64,000 bases of DNA. Origin: the human T2T-CHM13v2.0 reference genome, Homo sapiens. The translations under genes and the position numbers were made by a program. The notes beneath the pieces are model-generated. The model had not been told where the DNA came from and searched no databases. It saw only the letters and a program-made list of their open reading frames with translations. The stretch lies in the NCBI RefSeq assembly GCF_009914755.1, contig NC_060929.1; one strand, given 5' to 3'. This document shows, piece after piece, positions 62,528 to 64,000 of the stretch (the first letter of the stretch is position 1; each line of letters begins with the position of its first letter).

Positions 62528-63624
62528 CAGTTATGCACCACAAAGACATTTTGGTCAATGATGGACCACATATACAATGGTGGTCTCATAAGATTAAAAT
62601 AGAGATAAAAATTTCCTATCACCTAGTGACTTCTTGATCATCTTGACCCTATGTAGTCCTAGGCTAATGTGTATGTCTGTGTCTAACTTTTCAACAACAA
62701 AAAAAAGCTTAAAAAATAAAAATAAAACATTTCTAAATAGAAAAAAAGCTGGCCAGGCATGATGGCTCACACTTGGCCATCATGCACTCTGGGAGGCCGA
62801 GGCGGGTGGATCACGAGGTCAGGAGATCAAGACCATCCTCGCTAACACAGTGAAACCCAGTCTTTACTAAAAATACAAAAACTTAGCCAGGCGTAGTGGC
62901 ACGCACCTGTAGTCCCAGCTACTCAGAAGGCTGAGTCAGAAGAATCTCTTGAACCCAGGAGGCGAAGGTTGCAGTCAGCCGAGGTCATGCCACTGCACTC
63001 CAGCCTGGGCAACTGAGTGAGACTCTGTCTCAAAAAAAAAAAAAAAAATGCTGATAAAGATATAAAGAAAATATTTTCATACAGCTATACAATGTGTCTT
63101 TTAAGCTAAGTGCTATTCCAAGAGTCAAAAGTTAAAAATTCAGCTTATAAAGTAAAAAAATTACAGTAAGCTAAGTTAAATTTATTACTGAAGAAATATT
63201 TTTATAAATTTAGCATAGCCTAAGTGTACAGTGTTTACTGTAGTAGTGTACAATAATGTCCTAGGCTTTCACACTCACTCAACACTGACTCACCTAGAGC
63301 AATCTCCAGTCCTGCAAGCTCCTTTGATGGTAAGTGCCATATACAGGTGTTTCATTATTTTTCATATCATATTTTTACTGTAATTTTTCTATGTTTAGAT
63401 ACACACGTACTTACCATTTTGTTACAATTGTAGTATTCAGTACAGTAACATGCTGTACAGTTGTATAGCCTAGGACCAATAGGCTCTACCATGTAGCCTA
63501 GGTGTGAAGTAGGCTATACCATCCATGTTTGTGTAAGTACACTCTATGATGTTTGCACAATGATGAAGTCACCTAATGATACATTTCTCAGAGCATACTC
63601 CCATTGTTAAGCAACTCATGACTC
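62528..63624 (+). mobile_element. Tigger3/MER7-like DNA transposon split by an Alu
   Basis: ta-cagttatgcaccac..gatggaccacatatacaatggtggtc; 3' acatttctcagagcatactcccattgttaagcaactcatgact. Confidence 0.88.
62751..63048 (+). mobile_element. AluSc/Sc8-like with altered 5' end
   Basis: ggatcacgaggtcaggagatcaagaccatcc; TSD-like aaaaaagct/aaaaatgct. Confidence 0.93.
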
Positions 63625-64000
63625 CCTATATATTGTTTAGGACACATAAATAAATCATAAAAGTATAAGGAGTGAGCATAGCAACCAAATTCAGAAGACC
63701 AATTACCTCTCGGAGGAAGATGGAATCAGGAAGGGGCTTCAATTGTATTGGCTTTATTTAATAGAGGGTGAGAAAACATATGCTTGTGGCATTATTCTTC
63801 ATACGTTTGTCTTAAATATTACTTAATAATTATCTAATTTTCAAACAAAACTATATACATAGAAACCAACATATTCATAGAAGATTTCTGCAAGGAATCA
63901 AAAAGAAACTAAGGACAACACTTGCCCTCAGAGAGTGAACTGGGGGCCTAGGGTGGAAGAAAGAGTCACCCTTCATTATTATACAGTTTGAATTATACTG

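Overview
Human genomic DNA; an AluYa5 carrying all five diagnostic positions points to Homo sapiens. The window reads as the interior of a large intron or gene desert and is dominated by transposable elements: a near full-length dead L1PA (1-5912), several truncated L1PA/L1MA/L1MB/L1ME pieces, about 15 Alu/FLAM copies, MIR/L2, MaLR and ERV1/ERVL solo LTRs (including a MER50>LTR12 nest), and DNA-transposon fossils (MADE1, MER2, MER3, MER63, Tigger3). Almost all ORFs in the track are L1 fragments or spurious Alu/LTR frames. The only host-gene signal I can support is a candidate 54-nt in-frame exon on the minus strand (19478-19531), and I cannot name the gene. I do not see evidence for a new biological system. 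The best observations are structural: a U8 snoRNA retrocopy fused to an inverted Alu and split by an L1 carrying a 3' transduction; an Alu-monomer/L1 composite inside one TSD pair; a perfect 23-bp hairpin; an inverted local copy of an LTR segment inside MER50; and a poly(A)-ended MIR-like fragment inside a younger L1. Repeat family names come from recalled consensus sequences, not a database search, and old-repeat boundaries are approximate.
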